IMG/VR virus record: IMGVR_UViG_2740892119_000002
Strand: one strand, 5' to 3'
Length of the DNA stretch: 64,000 bases
Origin: a virus
Lineage: Duplodnaviria; Heunggongvirae; Uroviricota; Caudoviricetes
A model generated the notes under the pieces. The model ran no database searches, was not told the DNA's origin, and saw nothing but the letters and a program-made list of their open reading frames with translations. How positions within the stretch are numbered: position 1 is the first letter of the stretch; each line of letters starts with the position of its first letter. A program made the translations under genes and the position numbers. Below are positions 41,991 through 52,148 of this stretch, piece after piece.

Positions 41991-43715
41991 TGTTTAAGGA
42001 AGAGTAACTTGAGTAACTTACGCGAATACCAGAATCGTATTGCAGATATCGCAAAACGCTCTAAAGCCGTTCTTGGCTGGGCAAGTACAGCACAGTTCGG
42101 TACTGATAACCAATTCATCAAAGATGATGCCGCGCGTGCCGCATCTATCCTTGAAGCTGCACGCAAAGACCCGATTTTTGCAGGTATCTCTGATAATGCC
42201 ACTGCTCAAATCGCTACAGCGTGGGCAAGTGCACTGGCAGACTACGCCGCAACACATAAATCTATGCCACGTCCGGAAATTCTGGCCTCCTGCCACCAGA
42301 CGCTGGAAAACTGCCTGATTGAGTCCACCCGAAATCGCATGGATGCCACTAATAAAGCGATGCTGGAATCCGTCGCAGCAGAGATGATGAGCGTTTCTGA
42401 CGGTATTATGCGTCTGCCTTTATTCCTCGCGATGATCCTGCCTGTTCAGTTGGGGGCAGCTACCGCTGATGCGTGTACATTCGTTCCGGTTGCGCGTGAC
42501 AAGTCCGAAATCTATGAAATCTTTAACGTAGCGGGTTCTTCTTTTGGCTCTTATGCTATTGGTGATGTTCTGGACATGCAATCCGTTGGCGTGTACAGCC
42601 AGTTGCGCCGCCGCTATGTGCTGGTTGCAAGCTCCGACGGCACCAGCAAAACTGCAACCTTCAAGATGGAAGATTTCGAAGGTCAGAATGTCCCGATTCG
42701 CAAAGGTCGTACAAACATCTACGTTAACCGTATTAAGTCTGTTGTTGATAACGGCTCCGGTACTCTGCTTCACACATTCAATAACAAAGCAGGCGAACAA
42801 ATCACTGTTACCTGCTCTTTGAATTACAACATTGGTCAGATTGTCCTGTCGTTCTCCAAAGCGCCAGATAAAGGTACAGAGATCGCCATTGAGGCGGAGA
42901 TCAATATAGAAGCAGCTCCTGAGCTGATCCCACTTATCAACCACGAAATGAAGAGTTACACCCTGTTCCCAAACCAGTTCGTCATCGCGGCTGAGCACAC
43001 GGTACAGGCGGCGTATGAAGCACAGCGTGAATTTGGTCTGGATCTCGGCTCCCTACAGTTCCGCACCCTGAAGGAATACCTGTCCCATGAGCAAGATATG
43101 CTTCGTCTTCGTATCATGATTTGGCGAACTCTTGCGACCGACTCCTTTGATATTGCACTGCCAGCTAACCAGTCCTTTGATGTGTGGGCAACTATCGTTC
43201 GAGGCAAATTCCAGACGGTATATCGCGGTATTATTGAGCGTGTTAGATCTTCTGGTGCGATGGGGATGTATGCCGGTGCTGATGCGGCATCTTTCTTCAA
43301 ACAATTGCCGAAGGATTTCTTCCAGCCAGCAGAAGATTACATCCAGACCCCATACGTTCACTACATTGGCACTCTGTTCGGCAACGTCAAAGTGTTCGAA
43401 GTACCAGAAGGTATTTGTACGAACCTGACCGCCGACGGTATCCAGTTCAGCCCAATGGATGTGCTGTGCTACGTCCGTGATGAAAATCCGGGCAAAGCGG
43501 GCTTCGTAACTGGTGATGCAGTCCCGGCTGTCCCATTCCAGCATCCGACCACCCCGGCACTGGTCAACCGAACCACTCTGTGGGGTTCGGCTATCAACGA
43601 TATGCACCCACGTAACGGCGCTGACTACTTCACCCGTGTAACTCTGACTATGGCCAAAAATGGCGGAATTAACTTCCTGACCGGTAACATGATTGATGCC
43701 GGTGACTCTGAGTAA
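41988..43715 (+). CDS. large virion structural protein, candidate major head protein; probable TTG start at 42009 behind SD AAGGAAG
   Basis: 575-aa ORF behind the late-promoter motif; position next to parS as for the P1 head gene. Confidence 0.55.
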   Translation: MCLRKSNLSNLREYQNRIADIAKRSKAVLGWASTAQFGTDNQFIKDDAARAASILEAARKDPIFAGISDNATAQIATAWASALADYAATHKSMPRPEILASCHQTLENCLIESTRNRMDATNKAMLESVAAEMMSVSDGIMRLPLFLAMILPVQLGAATADACTFVPVARDKSEIYEIFNVAGSSFGSYAIGDVLDMQSVGVYSQLRRRYVLVASSDGTSKTATFKMEDFEGQNVPIRKGRTNIYVNRIKSVVDNGSGTLLHTFNNKAGEQITVTCSLNYNIGQIVLSFSKAPDKGTEIAIEAEINIEAAPELIPLINHEMKSYTLFPNQFVIAAEHTVQAAYEAQREFGLDLGSLQFRTLKEYLSHEQDMLRLRIMIWRTLATDSFDIALPANQSFDVWATIVRGKFQTVYRGIIERVRSSGAMGMYAGADAASFFKQLPKDFFQPAEDYIQTPYVHYIGTLFGNVKVFEVPEGICTNLTADGIQFSPMDVLCYVRDENPGKAGFVTGDAVPAVPFQHPTTPALVNRTTLWGSAINDMHPRNGADYFTRVTLTMAKNGGINFLTGNMIDAGDSE

Positions 43716-43775
43716 TCAGGGGAAGTTCTCCGTTTAACATAGCGCCCCTGCTCGGGGCGCATAACAGGGAAAGTT

Positions 43776-45365
43776 ATGTCTCAATATTCAATTCAACAGT
43801 CATTAGGTAATGCATCCGGCGTCGCGGTTAGCCCGATCAATGCCGATGCGACGTTATCTACCGGTGTTGCATTAAATAGCAGCTTGTGGGCTGGTATTGG
43901 CGTATTTGCGCGTGGCAAGCCGTTTACTGTTCTTGCGGTTACTGAGTCCAATTACGAAGATGTTCTCGGCGAACCGCTGAAGCCGTCTTCCGGCTCACAG
44001 TTCGAACCAATTCGCCATGTGTACGAAGCTATTCAGCAAACGTCTGGTTATGTTGTCCGTGCTGTTCCGGATGATGCGAAGTTCCCGATTATTATGTTCG
44101 ATGAATCAGGCGAACCGGCTTACAGTGCGTTGCCATACGGTTCTGAAATTGAACTTGATAGCGGCGAAGCCTTTGCTATCTACGTTGATGATGGTGATCC
44201 GTGTATTTCACCTACCCGTGAGTTAACCATCGAAACGGCAACAGCGGACAGCGCGGGTAATGAACGCTTCCTCTTAAAACTGACCCAGACGACTTCGCTC
44301 GGTGTGGTAACGACCCTGGAGACACACACTGTGTCTTTGGCGGAAGAAGCGAAAGATGACATGGGCCGCTTGTGTTATCTGCCTACTGCTCTGGAAGCCC
44401 GTTCTAAATATCTGCGCGCGGTTGTTAATGAAGAGCTGATTTCGACAGCGAAAGTAACAAACAAAAAATCGTTGGCGTTCACCGGTGGTACCAACGGTGA
44501 TCAATCGAAAATCTCAACTGCTGCGTACCTGCGTGCGGTGAAAGTGCTGAACAATGCCCCGTACATGTACACCGCTGTTCTCGGCCTGGGGTGCTATGAC
44601 AATGCGGCGATCACCGCGTTAGGTAATATCTGTTCTGATCGCCTGATTGATGGCTTCTTTGATGTTAAACCGACATTGACGTACACGGAAGCGCTGTCTG
44701 CTGTTGAAGATACCGGTTTACTTGGTACCGATTATGTAAGCTGTTCTGTCTATCACTACCCGTTCTCCTGCAAAGACAAATGGACCCAATCCCGTGTGGT
44801 CTTTGGTCTGTCTGGCGTGGCGTACGCGGCGAAAGCTCGTGGCGTCAAGAAAAACTCTGATGTCGGCGGTTGGCATTACTCACCGGCTGGTGAAGAACGT
44901 GCCGTCATTGCTCGTGCGTCAATTCAACCGCTGTATCCGGAAGATACCCCGGACGAAGAAGCAATGGTCAAGGGCCGTCTCAATAAAGTATCTGTGGGCA
45001 CCTCTGGCCAGATGATCATCGACGATGCTTTAACTTGCTGCACGCAGGATAACTATCTGCACTTCCAGCACGTCCCATCCCTGATGAATGCAATCAGCCG
45101 TTTCTTTGTCCAGTTAGCCCGACAGATGAAGCATAGCCCGGACGGTATTACTGCGGCTGGCCTGACTAAAGGGATGACCAAACTTTTAGATCGCTTTGTC
45201 GCCTCCGGCGCTCTGGTGGCTCCTCGTGATCCTGATGCTGACGGTACAGAACCGTATGTGCTGAAAGTTACGCAGGCGGAATTCGATAAATGGGAAGTAG
45301 TCTGGGCCTGCTGCCCGACTGGCGTAGCCCGTCGTATCCAGGGCGTACCGCTGCTTATTAAGTAA
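43776..45365 (+). CDS. putative tail sheath protein (529 aa)
   Basis: Size and weak resemblance (YVVRAVPDD) to myovirus sheath N-terminal region. Confidence 0.5.
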   Translation: MSQYSIQQSLGNASGVAVSPINADATLSTGVALNSSLWAGIGVFARGKPFTVLAVTESNYEDVLGEPLKPSSGSQFEPIRHVYEAIQQTSGYVVRAVPDDAKFPIIMFDESGEPAYSALPYGSEIELDSGEAFAIYVDDGDPCISPTRELTIETATADSAGNERFLLKLTQTTSLGVVTTLETHTVSLAEEAKDDMGRLCYLPTALEARSKYLRAVVNEELISTAKVTNKKSLAFTGGTNGDQSKISTAAYLRAVKVLNNAPYMYTAVLGLGCYDNAAITALGNICSDRLIDGFFDVKPTLTYTEALSAVEDTGLLGTDYVSCSVYHYPFSCKDKWTQSRVVFGLSGVAYAAKARGVKKNSDVGGWHYSPAGEERAVIARASIQPLYPEDTPDEEAMVKGRLNKVSVGTSGQMIIDDALTCCTQDNYLHFQHVPSLMNAISRFFVQLARQMKHSPDGITAAGLTKGMTKLLDRFVASGALVAPRDPDADGTEPYVLKVTQAEFDKWEVVWACCPTGVARRIQGVPLLIK

Positions 45366-45374
45366 GGGAATACA

Positions 45375-46190
45375 ATGAGCAAAAACTTTTTTCAATCCGG
45401 GGCATTTTTGGGGAATGGACTGTCCCGTTTCGCTTTGAACTCTGATCCTGTGCAGCTGATGGAGTCTGCCCGAGCAAGCGCCGAACCGCCAACAGATCCG
45501 GTTATTAATAATAATCCGGAACCGGCGGCACAGACTAACGATAACGTTCCATCTGACCCGGCTCCTGAGCAAATCCTGGAAGGGAAAGACGGTAAAGAAT
45601 GGACCGTCGAACAGGCGCACCAGATGATTCTGGAAGCTGCAAATCGAAGTGCTATGCAGAATGCGTTGAGTGATGCGGCCGACGCCGTTTTCGCCTGGGC
45701 TGATAGCGGTGATCTGACTTTCGACTCCCTTGATGGTTTCGTTCAGGCTATCGCTGGTATCTCTGATGACGACGACTCCGAAGTTACAGAAGAACAGGAC
45801 GATGCCTATAACGAAGCATGGGCAAATGTTGCTGACTTCCTCGCAGCATGCGGTGTAGATGATGACCTGATCGAAGCACTGGCTGACGATGAAGACGACG
45901 ACGCAGCTGCTGATGTTGGTGCCTCTATCGCTGGTTTAGATAGCGACGACCGCGACGAACTGGAAGCGGCGTTTGTTGTTGCTGGCACTTCTGATGAAAT
46001 GCTGACTGAAGCATTTAAGAAGGTTGTTCGTAACGGTGAGATCAAACTCATCCGTAAACGCCTGCGTAAAAAACGTCTGACTGCGGCTCAAAAATCGGCG
46101 CTGAAAAAAGCGCGTCGAAAAGCCCAGACCGGCGCGGCAAAACTTGCCCGCAAAAAGTCAATGAAACTGCGCCGTAAGCGCCTTGGCTAA
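45375..46190 (+). CDS. acidic protein with strongly basic C-terminal tail (271 aa)
   Basis: D/E-rich body, C-terminal KRLRKKRLTAAQKSALKKARRK. Confidence 0.55.
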   Translation: MSKNFFQSGAFLGNGLSRFALNSDPVQLMESARASAEPPTDPVINNNPEPAAQTNDNVPSDPAPEQILEGKDGKEWTVEQAHQMILEAANRSAMQNALSDAADAVFAWADSGDLTFDSLDGFVQAIAGISDDDDSEVTEEQDDAYNEAWANVADFLAACGVDDDLIEALADDEDDDAAADVGASIAGLDSDDRDELEAAFVVAGTSDEMLTEAFKKVVRNGEIKLIRKRLRKKRLTAAQKSALKKARRKAQTGAAKLARKKSMKLRRKRLG

Positions 46191-46225
46191 AGGAGGAGGC
46201 CGGAGAACTCCGGCCTTTAACTTGA

Positions 46226-46807
46226 ATGGCACCTATTCCTTATGGGGTTTACAGCCAGGCTGACGGTGTATCGCCATTTCTGAAAGTTACTTTAACGAAC
46301 TCTCAGTACCAGGTTACCGGATATATCAGCCAGGGGGCGGCAATGAACATGGCCCAGAATTGGGAAGCGCCGTTTACCGGTATGTCCATGGGATCTGTTT
46401 CTGGTGCTCTGGGTGGTTTTGTGCAAGTAGGTACTGAAACAACGTCGGTTGCCCGTTGGAATAGCTTAATGGTTTGGGAAGGGGGGACTCCGCCGACGTT
46501 CACGCTGCCTGTAACTTTCATTGCTTTGAACAATCCATTCATTGAAGTTTCAGGCGCTATCGCCGCGTTGACAGCCATGATTAGCCCGGAACTAAAAGCG
46601 GCCAATGTTGGTGGTCGAATCCCGGAACGCGTGACGCTAAACATTGGTCGCCGGATCAACATCACCGATGTCGCCATCCAGGACTTAAGTTTTGATCTCG
46701 ATGCGCCAAGGGACAGTAATGGATATTTCCTGAAAAACACCGTCAACCTCCAGTTGACCGGTTCTTCGATATATAACAGCTCCGATATTATTCGGGCGTT
46801 CCAGTAA
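46226..46807 (+). CDS. tail component (193 aa)
   Basis: ORF in the late operon. Confidence 0.55.
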   Translation: MAPIPYGVYSQADGVSPFLKVTLTNSQYQVTGYISQGAAMNMAQNWEAPFTGMSMGSVSGALGGFVQVGTETTSVARWNSLMVWEGGTPPTFTLPVTFIALNNPFIEVSGAIAALTAMISPELKAANVGGRIPERVTLNIGRRINITDVAIQDLSFDLDAPRDSNGYFLKNTVNLQLTGSSIYNSSDIIRAFQ

Positions 46808-46818
46808 AAGGATTTTAT

Positions 46819-47328
46819 ATGGGGCACAATAACACTAAGGGAAACCGTAAATTTATTAAGGGCCGCTATACTGCCAACGCGGCCAAAGGCGAACGACTGG
46901 TATCTTCTGAATTCCAGCTCACTTTTGCAGGCTATGAAGATATCAGTGTACTTGTTCGTACGTCGCAAATCCCTGAAATGACTCGCGAGGATGTGGAGGA
47001 CTATGGTCCGAATGGTGTGAAGTTCAACCAGCACGGACCAATTCGAAACTCTGGGGAAATCCAGGTCCAGTGCGTGGAGACTATCGAAGGCGATATTCTT
47101 CAGTTCATTAAGGATCGCATTGCGGCGAAGGACTATGTTGATATCACGATGGCTGCTACCCCTGAATCCAAATCTTCCGGGGTTAACGCTGTGACAAAAG
47201 CTGCTACAACAATTGAAATGTTGGACTGCAAAATCTACAGTGATGCAATCGACTTTAGTACCGAAGATGTGACTGCCGCTGTGCGCCCGTCACTTCGTAT
47301 CGTCTACAACTGGATTGAGTGGGATTAA
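46819..47328 (+). CDS. tail tube-like protein (169 aa)
   Basis: Size and beta-rich composition similar to myovirus tube proteins. Confidence 0.5.
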   Translation: MGHNNTKGNRKFIKGRYTANAAKGERLVSSEFQLTFAGYEDISVLVRTSQIPEMTREDVEDYGPNGVKFNQHGPIRNSGEIQVQCVETIEGDILQFIKDRIAAKDYVDITMAATPESKSSGVNAVTKAATTIEMLDCKIYSDAIDFSTEDVTAAVRPSLRIVYNWIEWD

Positions 47329-47347
47329 GAGTCATCCCTTGTATTTT

Positions 47348-47374
47348 AAAGCTCCTTCGGGAGCTTTTTTATTT
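47348..47374 (+). terminator. rho-independent terminator AAGCTCCTTCGGGAGCTT plus T-run
   Basis: Perfect 7-bp stem with TTCG loop followed by TTTTTTATTT. Confidence 0.8.
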
Positions 47375-47444
47375 GGAGAGGAAAGGGTGCATTGAGGATA
47401 CCTGACACACGAAGAGTGGCGGAGATCTCTCCCCGCCAGGTCTC

Positions 47445-47600
47445 TTACCTTTCAGATTCGTAGGCTGTGAAGACAGTGACCTCCGTCTGGCTGGTTCGGA
47501 TTCGTACCTCGCAGAGGTCTTTCCTCGTTACCAGTGCCGTCACAATGACGGTTAAACAGATGACGATCAGAGCGATTAACATCGCTTTTTGCTGCTTCAT
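47445..47600 (-). CDS. hok: Hok/Gef-family type I toxin (51 aa): MKQQKAMLIALIVICLTVIVTALVTRKDLCEVRIRTSQTEVTVFTAYESER
   Basis: Manual translation; strong match to Hok (LTRKSLCEIRYRDG..EVAAFMAYES); below the ORF-track cutoff. Confidence 0.8.
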   Translation of the reverse strand: MKQQKAMLIALIVICLTVIVTALVTRKDLCEVRIRTSQTEVTVFTAYESER

Positions 47601-47658
47601 AGCCTGCTTCTCCTTGACCTTTTGGTCGGTAAGAGGCTAATCTACGTATGCTAAGCAT
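47452..47658 (-). CDS. mok-like overlapping reading frame upstream of and overlapping hok
   Basis: 68-aa ORF in a different frame covering the hok leader, as in hok/mok/sok loci. Confidence 0.35.
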   Translation of the reverse strand: MLSIRRLASYRPKGQGEAGYEAAKSDVNRSDRHLFNRHCDGTGNEERPLRGTNPNQPDGGHCLHSLRI

Positions 47659-47894
47659 AGATATGGCCTCAGATTAATGTTAAGCGTCTTGCAGGACGCG
47701 TAATGTTATCTGGGGCTTTCTTCTATCTGCTTTTCGGGTAATGCCTGAAGCAGATAGCCTCAAGCACCCGCAGCGATTGTATCAATGTCTGGCTTTTTTT
47801 CTATAGAAATCACCTGGAAGGGTGAATACCCACATCAGAAGAAACGTTGCAGCAAACATGATCCCTAATGGCCAGACCGCGCCAAAGAAAATCC

Positions 47895-49235
47895 ATAGTG
47901 ACTGCTCCCCGCCCTGTCGGGCGAGGCTTCCCACTTCTTAAGCCGCAACCGTCTGTGTGACGGATTTACGCTGGCCTCCATGGGCAGAAACGACGAGTCC
48001 CGCCGCTTGTAATTCCAGTATGCCCTTGCGTTTGATGTTGAGCGCCGCATTGATATCGCGGTCATGTTCAACTCCACACTCTGGACACTGCCAGAAGCGC
48101 TTATGTAATGGCATCTCCGACATTTTGTGACCGCAGCAGTGGCAGGTTTTCGAACTGGCGAACCATTGATCCAGTTTCACCAGATGCACACCTTTCTCTG
48201 TTGCTTTGTATTCCAGTTTTGTGATGAATCCAGACCATCCAGCATCGCCTATCGCACGAGCCAGATGGTGATTTTTCATCATATTTGCCGTTTTCAATGT
48301 CTCGACAATTACCGCTTGGTTTTCGTCAACAATTGCGCGAGATAACTTGTGCTGGAAATCGGCACGGGCACTGGCTACCCGTTCGTGAACGGCTGCAAGT
48401 TGTATTCTGGCTTTGCGCCTGTTTGCGCTCCCTTTTTTCTTACGGGACAGTGCTTTCTGCTTCCGGCGCAGGTTGCGACTTGCATTGATTAGGTGGCGGG
48501 GACTGGCAATTTTATTGCCGTCCGATTTGATGACAAAATGCGCCAGCCCCATATCCAGCCCTGTCACATTTGATATCAGTGCGGGCTTTGCCGGCGCTTC
48601 CATCCCGTCGTCACAGAGTAACGACGCGTAGTATTTCCCGGTTGCGCTGCGGCTCAACGTGATACTTTTCAGCATTCCCGTAATTTCACGATGTAAACGC
48701 GCTTCAATCGGCAAGATTTTCGGTATTTTTATCGCACCATCAAGGACTTTTATGCCAACACAATGATAGCTAGATTGTCTGCCGTGTTTACTTTTAAAGG
48801 TAGGTTTACCTGCTTTCAGTTTCGGATTGAAAAAGTTAGAAAAAGCCACGTCGAGGTTAATTACCGCCTGCTGCAACGCAATAGAATCATATTCTTTAAG
48901 CCATCCATACCGGCGGGATTTCTTCGCCACTGCAAGCAGTGGTTTGAGGTCTTTACGCGGGTTTAAATTTACGCGGTGCCGCTGGTAAGAATGTTTCTTG
49001 ATATGCAGAGCTTTGTTGTACACAAAACGCACTGCACCGAACTGGGCGTTGATAAATTCAGCCTGTTCTGGTGTCGGATAGATGCGTACTTTTGTTGCTC
49101 TTAACATAGTCACCGCTCATTGGTACAGGTTTTTATACTAACACCGTAATAATATTTTTAAAGCCCTTCGGGCTTTTCCGCCTTTCCTCCCCGCCCGCAT
49201 TGGGCGAGGGTTCTCGGCGGTTTTTCGCTGAAAAC
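47895..49235 (-). mobile_element. IS200/IS605-family element carrying only tnpB (no tnpA); subterminal hairpins at both ends
   Basis: CTCCCCGCCC-N5-GGGCGAGG hairpin at 47905-47926 and at about 49187-49210; boundaries approximate. Confidence 0.65.
47938..49113 (-). CDS. tnpB: TnpB, RNA-guided RuvC-like nuclease (OrfB family)
   Basis: 391 aa; C-terminal zinc finger CHCCGH...CPECG; RuvC-like motifs. Confidence 0.85.
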   Translation of the reverse strand: MTMLRATKVRIYPTPEQAEFINAQFGAVRFVYNKALHIKKHSYQRHRVNLNPRKDLKPLLAVAKKSRRYGWLKEYDSIALQQAVINLDVAFSNFFNPKLKAGKPTFKSKHGRQSSYHCVGIKVLDGAIKIPKILPIEARLHREITGMLKSITLSRSATGKYYASLLCDDGMEAPAKPALISNVTGLDMGLAHFVIKSDGNKIASPRHLINASRNLRRKQKALSRKKKGSANRRKARIQLAAVHERVASARADFQHKLSRAIVDENQAVIVETLKTANMMKNHHLARAIGDAGWSGFITKLEYKATEKGVHLVKLDQWFASSKTCHCCGHKMSEMPLHKRFWQCPECGVEHDRDINAALNIKRKGILELQAAGLVVSAHGGQRKSVTQTVAA

Positions 49236-49264
49236 GCCAGGTAACTCCAGATTAGAGCAATCTA

Positions 49265-50110
49265 TCACCCTCTGAATCCTGCCGGTATACCCCATTGTTC
49301 GTTATCTTTATTTTTGGCTAAAACCGCATTAAGAGCTTCGTTTACCGTCATGCAATGCGGCAGATTATCGAAGTTTGATACCCCGCCAATATCAGGAGAA
49401 CGCTTGTTCTTCAGGTAAGCATATTTCCGCGCTGCCGCCTCTACTTTCTGCTTGAACTCATGTTTTTGTGCGCGTTTTTTGGATAACCGCAGATTGTCAG
49501 CCTTTGCTTTTGCCTCAGCGATCCATGAAGTCAATTTTTTGAGTCTGGTCGTTCCGGCACCGCCGGAAACTGATCTTTTTGTTTTTTTAACTTGTGACTT
49601 CTTATTCTTTATTGCCACGTCATCCTGACAGGGGGAGGGGGTATCATTTTGACATGGGGGTGTGGATAAAAAATTAAATAAAGCCAATGTCTTAGCGAGA
49701 ACAGCTTTAACCTTGGTTGCCGCTGAAGAGATCTTTAATTTGCTTTCAATCAGCGCATTTTTGGCTTGTTGTGCGAAGGCCAAAAAGGATGGCGTAAACC
49801 GGTACAGGTTAGCGCGACGTTCACGGTGATCGCCGATAACAATCTCTACAGACAGAATTCCTTTGTTTACAGCTTCACGGAATGCACGAACGACGGTTGA
49901 TTGGCTATAACCAGTTTCTGCCGCGATCAGGCGGTGAGGCTTGTGAATGAAGTATTCACTGGTTGTTGCCGCGAGATTTGCACATTGCGACAGGATATGC
50001 CCGGCGCTACGGGATAGACCGGAGTGTGTTACAAAGCAGGCCAATTCATAGCCAGAAAAAGTAAAATCGCTCATCGTTATACAGCTCAGGAAAGTGACTT
50101 TAGCCAGCAT
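49265..50110 (-). CDS. repL: lytic replication protein RepL
   Basis: 281 aa directly downstream of kilA in the same operon. Confidence 0.8.
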   Translation of the reverse strand: MLAKVTFLSCITMSDFTFSGYELACFVTHSGLSRSAGHILSQCANLAATTSEYFIHKPHRLIAAETGYSQSTVVRAFREAVNKGILSVEIVIGDHRERRANLYRFTPSFLAFAQQAKNALIESKLKISSAATKVKAVLAKTLALFNFLSTPPCQNDTPSPCQDDVAIKNKKSQVKKTKRSVSGGAGTTRLKKLTSWIAEAKAKADNLRLSKKRAQKHEFKQKVEAAARKYAYLKNKRSPDIGGVSNFDNLPHCMTVNEALNAVLAKNKDNEQWGIPAGFRG

Positions 50111-50139
50111 TACAATGCTGGTGGTTCTTACTACGTCTG

Positions 50140-50940
50140 TTAGCGCGTTGCTGCGACAGGTACCAGCACACCAGCATCAAGCAATCGCTTCATCAGCCAC
50201 TGCTGACCTTTGCCGGTTATACGAGTCGTGAAAGAAATCCTGCTTCCATTGCTTGTATCGATCACGGTTTCTTTAAGGGTGAAATACCCACGGGATATGT
50301 ATTCTTGTTTGGGGACGTTCCTGCGTTCACCGGTTGCGATCAGAATTCCGTTATCACGCAACCAGGTGAAGAGATAGTTTTGGCCCAGGCCGAGCACTTT
50401 GGCATAGTTGCCGATTAGAACCCCGCTGGCGGTAGCAACGCGTTCGGCGAATTCGACTTTAGGTGCATCCATAAGCATTTTTTGCTCCAGCCGTTGCTTT
50501 TGCTCTGCCAGGTCGGCAGCCAAACGGAGAGCTTCAGGGAGACTCTGCGGAATAGCAGGTTGTAATCTTCCGGCTCGATAGTCGATAAATGTCTGGTTTA
50601 CCTTCAGCCGAAACGCGGGAGAAATCCAGCCTGCGTACTCCACAGCGAGCAATTCATGGGCAAAAGTGCCGCCGCCACGGCCTTCGAACGAAACTATGCA
50701 ATTCTGCATAGTTTCTTTTTCAAGCTCTTCGATGAGCTGTTTGGCTGACAGCGTTCTTAGCCATTGAGCTGGCGCTTTATGGGCACCGAGTCCGCTCGCT
50801 CTGTGTAGAGCATTAAGGTTGTAACGGCCAGCGCGGTCGGTCGTAATTTCAACACCACAAATAACAGGCAGAGTGGTTGAAGGATCGACATTTTGATGAA
50901 GGTTTGATATATTCATATCCGCATTGAATGTTTGTTGCAT
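50140..50940 (-). CDS. kilA: KilA (KilA-N plus antirepressor C-terminal domain)
   Basis: 266 aa; C-terminal domain paralogous to the Ant C-terminus. Confidence 0.8.
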   Translation of the reverse strand: MQQTFNADMNISNLHQNVDPSTTLPVICGVEITTDRAGRYNLNALHRASGLGAHKAPAQWLRTLSAKQLIEELEKETMQNCIVSFEGRGGGTFAHELLAVEYAGWISPAFRLKVNQTFIDYRAGRLQPAIPQSLPEALRLAADLAEQKQRLEQKMLMDAPKVEFAERVATASGVLIGNYAKVLGLGQNYLFTWLRDNGILIATGERRNVPKQEYISRGYFTLKETVIDTSNGSRISFTTRITGKGQQWLMKRLLDAGVLVPVAATR

Positions 50941-51009
50941 TTTTTCTCCAAATTTGCATCAACCTTCAATCACCAGCTCGAAATGGTGATTCTTTGCACT
51001 TAGAAAACG

Positions 51010-51026
51010 AAATTTATTAGAGCAAA
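51010..51026. promoter_or_regulatory. C1 operator (16/17) in front of kilA-repL
   Basis: AATTTATTAGAGCAAAT, reverse orientation, 70 bp upstream of kilA. Confidence 0.65.
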
Positions 51027-51104
51027 TTTTTCTGACTCGATCCAGATCGGGTTGGACGATCTGCTCAGAAACCTGCCAGTTTGCTGGCAGGTTTTTTTCT
51101 TTTG

Positions 51105-52148
51105 TTAACCTATTGCTACTGGTTTTAACAAACCAGCATCAAGTAGCTTGCGAGTTAACCACTGCTGGCCTTTACCCGTTAATTGGGGCGTCAGCCGTAT
51201 CTGGTAGCCATTTTCATCATCCAGCACCACTTCTTTCACCGTGAAATACCCGGCGTTGATGTACTGTTGGCGCGGTACGTTTTTGCGCGCACCAAAAGCC
51301 ATGAGAATGCCGTTCTGGCGCAACCATGAGAAAAGGGCGTTTTGCTTAAGTCCAACGACCTTTGCAAAGTTCCCGATCAGGATTCCATTGGCCGCTGATA
51401 CCCGGTCGGCAAAATCGACTTTAGGGGCTGCGGCCACCAGCTGCTGTTCCAACTGCATTTTCTGTTCTGCCAACTCGGCAGCCAGGCGTAGAGCTTCTGG
51501 TAATGTTTGGGGGATCGATGGGGCAGGGGAGTTTGCCTGCTGCAATTCTTCCAGTTTGTCGATCAGCGAACGGCGGACCGCTTTTGACTCACGCGCGGCG
51601 ACTCGCAAGGCTTGTTTGTAGGTCATGGTGATGACCTCAAAAGAGCGCCCAGCCCTTGTGCCATGGGATTTTGCACTTTTTGTGTAAAATTCACCTTCAA
51701 GTTCATCGAGTATTTTTTCGATGAATTTATTGTTTCTAACCTCTGGTTCTCCACATAACTTGCGTGCCTCATTGACCATCTTCAACAATGTTTGGCTGTC
51801 GATTGTGTCTCCGGTGTTGGGGATGACATTCACGGCTGGTGTTGGCGTAGCTGACGTAACAGGTGCTGGTTTCTCAACATTCAAATTTTTACCGGTCACT
51901 CTATGTGCCTCCTTTCTCATTTCTGCTGCCACTGTTGCGTAACGTAGACGTCCTTGTTCAATCAAATAATCCCTGATCTCGGCTATCAGTAGCCTGTTGA
52001 TCACAGCCTTATCTGTTCGGGTATAAAAACGTCTGGTTATCATGAAATAGTTAGCAATTGCGCCGGGGATCTCCCGTGTCGGCATACAGGCAGTATGCAA
52101 GGCGATCGCTTCGGCTATTTCATTACGGGTGACGAGAGGTGTTTTCAT
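51105..52148 (-). CDS. ant: antirepressor Ant (Ant1, with in-frame internal Ant2 start expected)
   Basis: 347 aa; C-terminal KilAC-like domain; icd overlaps its start. Confidence 0.8.
   Translation of the reverse strand: MKTPLVTRNEIAEAIALHTACMPTREIPGAIANYFMITRRFYTRTDKAVINRLLIAEIRDYLIEQGRLRYATVAAEMRKEAHRVTGKNLNVEKPAPVTSATPTPAVNVIPNTGDTIDSQTLLKMVNEARKLCGEPEVRNNKFIEKILDELEGEFYTKSAKSHGTRAGRSFEVITMTYKQALRVAARESKAVRRSLIDKLEELQQANSPAPSIPQTLPEALRLAAELAEQKMQLEQQLVAAAPKVDFADRVSAANGILIGNFAKVVGLKQNALFSWLRQNGILMAFGARKNVPRQQYINAGYFTVKEVVLDDENGYQIRLTPQLTGKGQQWLTRKLLDAGLLKPVAIG

Noticed and set aside
42420-43607. Minus-strand ORFs of 192, 184 and 114 aa inside the head gene
   Set aside because: Antisense shadow ORFs within a late structural gene.
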